Of a stretch of DNA of 11,541 nt, positions 9,303 to 11,541 are shown piece after piece (the first letter of the stretch is position 1; each line of letters opens with the position of its first letter). The position numbers and the translations under genes are program-made. Location: positions 1 through 11,541 of the forward strand of contig JAWOBU010000276.1 in assembly GCA_046484135.1 (NCBI GenBank), given 5' to 3'. The notes beneath the pieces are model-generated. The model did not search any database, had not been told where the DNA came from, and saw nothing but the letters and a program-made list of their open reading frames with translations. The stretch is from a bacterium. Lineage in GTDB: Bacteria > RBG-13-61-14 > DATKZS01.

Positions 9303-9365
9303 TTAACACCCTCCCTTGGTATCTTCACTGACACGACCCATGATCGTTTTACTTCCCATATCTCT

Positions 9366-10238
9366 TCAGCCCTTCTGGGCCTCGGCTCCGCTTATGATCT
9401 CCATGAGCTCGGTGGTGATCGCCGCCTGCCGGGCCCGGTTGTACTGGAGCGTGAGATTGTCTATCATCTCCGAGGCGTTCGAGGTCGCCGAGTCCATGGC
9501 CGTCATCCGGGCCCCGTGCTCACTGGCCACCGACTCGAGCATGGCGGCGAACACCTGGGTACGCACCTGCCGCGGCAGAAGCTGGTCCAGAAGTTCCATG
9601 ACCGACGGCTCGTAAATATACTCGATCAAGGACCCTTCCTGCTCTTCTTCCGACTCGAACTGGAAAGGCAGAAGCTTGAACACCGTGGGTATCTGGGTCA
9701 TGGCGGACTTGAAGCGAGGATAAAGAAGAAATACGGCGTCCACCTCGCCCGAGACGTAACGCTCGGTGAGCTCGTCCGCAATCTCCCGGGCCATCTCGAA
9801 GCTGACCTCCCGCACGAGATTGGTGGTAACCTTGCGCGCCAAACGCTTTCTCCTTTTAAAGTAGTCGCCTCCCCTCCTGCCGATGGCGGAGAGGTGGATT
9901 TCCTCGTAGGTGTCGGCGTTGTCGCGGAAGAAGGCCTCGGCGGCTTTTATCATGTTGGCGTTGAACCCTCCGCAAAGGCCCCGGTCCGAGGTGAACAGCA
10001 CGAGCTCCGCGGTCTTGACCTCGTCGCGGGGCTTGAGAAGCGGATGGTCCGCATTGTCCAGCCGGGCCACCAGGTTCCGGATGGTGGACTCGAGCGAGCC
10101 GGTGAAGGGCCTGGCGCTCTCCGCGTTCTCCTGGGCCCGCCGCAGCTTGGCCGCGGACACCATGTACATGGCCCGGGTGATCTGCTCGGTGTTTTTTACG
10201 CTTTCGATCCGTTTCTTGATACTTTTCAGGGACGGCAT
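9366..10238 (-). CDS. atpG: F1Fo ATP synthase gamma subunit
   Basis: 290 aa with IKKRIESVKNTEQITRAM, SDRGLCGGFN, SEHGARMTAM and YNRARQAAITTELMEIISGAEA. Confidence 0.98.
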   Translation of the reverse strand: MPSLKSIKKRIESVKNTEQITRAMYMVSAAKLRRAQENAESARPFTGSLESTIRNLVARLDNADHPLLKPRDEVKTAELVLFTSDRGLCGGFNANMIKAAEAFFRDNADTYEEIHLSAIGRRGGDYFKRRKRLARKVTTNLVREVSFEMAREIADELTERYVSGEVDAVFLLYPRFKSAMTQIPTVFKLLPFQFESEEEQEGSLIEYIYEPSVMELLDQLLPRQVRTQVFAAMLESVASEHGARMTAMDSATSNASEMIDNLTLQYNRARQAAITTELMEIISGAEAQKG

Positions 10239-10282
10239 AACTTACTCCTGTTTTCCCCCGACTTCTTTTAAGCCCGCGGCCC

Positions 10283-11541
10283 TCAGATGGCCTTTATCTG
10301 GACCTCTTCGGGCTTGAACTTCTCATGGAACTCGTCCAGGATTTTCTTCACGTCTCCTTCTATCTCTTCGTCTATGACCTTCTTTTCCTTTATCTTTTCC
10401 AAAGTGTCTTTGTAGTTGTTTTCCACGTACTTCATAAGCTCGTCCTCGTAGGCCTTTATCACGTTTACCTCGTAGCAGTCCACGTACCCGTTGGTCCCGG
10501 CATAGATCACGAGTATTTGTCTTTCCACGTCGTAGGGAAGATACTGTCCCTGCTTTAAGATTTCGACCATTCTTTCGCCGCGGGCCAGCATGTTCTGGGT
10601 GGCCTTGTCCAGGTCGGAGCCGAACTGGGCGAAGGCCTGCATTTCGCGGTACTGGGCCAGGTCGAGACGCAAGGACCCGGCGACCTGCTTCATGGCCTTG
10701 ATCTGGGCGTTTCCTCCGACGCGGGAGACGGACAGTCCCACGTTTACCGCGGGCTTGACCCCGGAGTTGAACAGGTCGGTCTCGAGGTAAATCTGGCCGT
10801 CGGTAATGGAGATCACGTTGGTCGGGATGTAGGCTGAGACGTCTCCCGCCTGGGTCTCGATTATGGGGAGCGCTGTCAGGGAGCCTCCTCCGTGCTTTTC
10901 GCTGAGCTTGGCCGCGCGCTCGAGAAGCCGGGAGTGAAGGTAGAACACGTCCCCCGGGAAGGCTTCACGTCCGGGCGGCCTTCTGAGGAGGAGCGAAAGC
11001 TGCCGGTATGCCACGGCGTGCTTGGACAGGTCGTCATAGATGCACAGCGAGTGCATTCCGTTGTCGCGGAAGTACTCGCCCATGGTACAGCCGGCATATG
11101 GCGCCAGGAACAAGAGGGGGGCGGGCTCGGAAGCGGAAGCGGATACGACGGTGGTGTAGTCCATCGCGCCTTCTTCTTCCAGCTTAGCCACCACCCGGGC
11201 CACGGTGGACTGCTTCTGGCCTATTGCCACATAGAAGCAATGCACGTTCTGGCCCTTCTGGTTTATGATGGTGTCCACGGCAATCGCGGTCTTTCCGGTC
11301 TGCCGGTCGCCGATGATCAGCTCCCTCTGTCCCCTTCCAATGGGGATCATGGAGTCAATGGCCTTGATCCCGGTCTGAAGCGGCTCCTTGACCGGCTCGC
11401 GCACGATGATGCCGGGGGCCTTGATCTCGATCAGCCGGGTCTCCTCCGACTCGATGGGGCCCTTGCCGTCAATGGGCTGGCCGAGAGGGTTGATGACCCT
11501 GCCGATGACGCCCTTTCCCACCGGCACCTGGGCGATCTTTC
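10283..11541 (-). CDS. atpA: F1Fo ATP synthase alpha subunit (5' truncated by the window edge)
   Basis: Contains [39 protein letters not shown] and SITDGQI. The frame stays open to the right edge (KIAQVPVG), so the GTG at 11527 is internal. Confidence 0.99.
   Translation of the reverse strand, partial: KIAQVPVGKGVIGRVINPLGQPIDGKGPIESEETRLIEIKAPGIIVREPVKEPLQTGIKAIDSMIPIGRGQRELIIGDRQTGKTAIAVDTIINQKGQNVHCFYVAIGQKQSTVARVVAKLEEEGAMDYTTVVSASASEPAPLLFLAPYAGCTMGEYFRDNGMHSLCIYDDLSKHAVAYRQLSLLLRRPPGREAFPGDVFYLHSRLLERAAKLSEKHGGGSLTALPIIETQAGDVSAYIPTNVISITDGQIYLETDLFNSGVKPAVNVGLSVSRVGGNAQIKAMKQVAGSLRLDLAQYREMQAFAQFGSDLDKATQNMLARGERMVEILKQGQYLPYDVERQILVIYAGTNGYVDCYEVNVIKAYEDELMKYVENNYKDTLEKIKEKKVIDEEIEGDVKKILDEFHEKFKPEEVQIKAI

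Overview
GC-rich bacterial chromosomal segment with every credible gene on the minus strand. In transcription order (right to left): the 3' part of an F1Fo ATP synthase operon (atpA partial, atpG, atpD, atpC) ending in an intrinsic terminator; an MBL-fold hydrolase; two tandem, translationally coupled paralogous GT-C-like membrane glycosyltransferases with C-terminal TPRs; a flavin reductase-like protein; and fhs (formate--tetrahydrofolate ligase) with a hairpin-rich leader and a terminator. The main feature missing from the ORF track is at the left edge: the 5' end (domain I) of a class C (IIC) group II intron. It begins GTGTG at position 194, 6 nt past the GC stem of the fhs terminator, and runs out of the window. 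The Fhs and AtpD sequences look deltaproteobacterial (Desulfobacterota-like), but this is an impression, not a search result. No clearly new system is proven. The best leads are the intron, the paired GT-C/TPR genes and the fhs leader.
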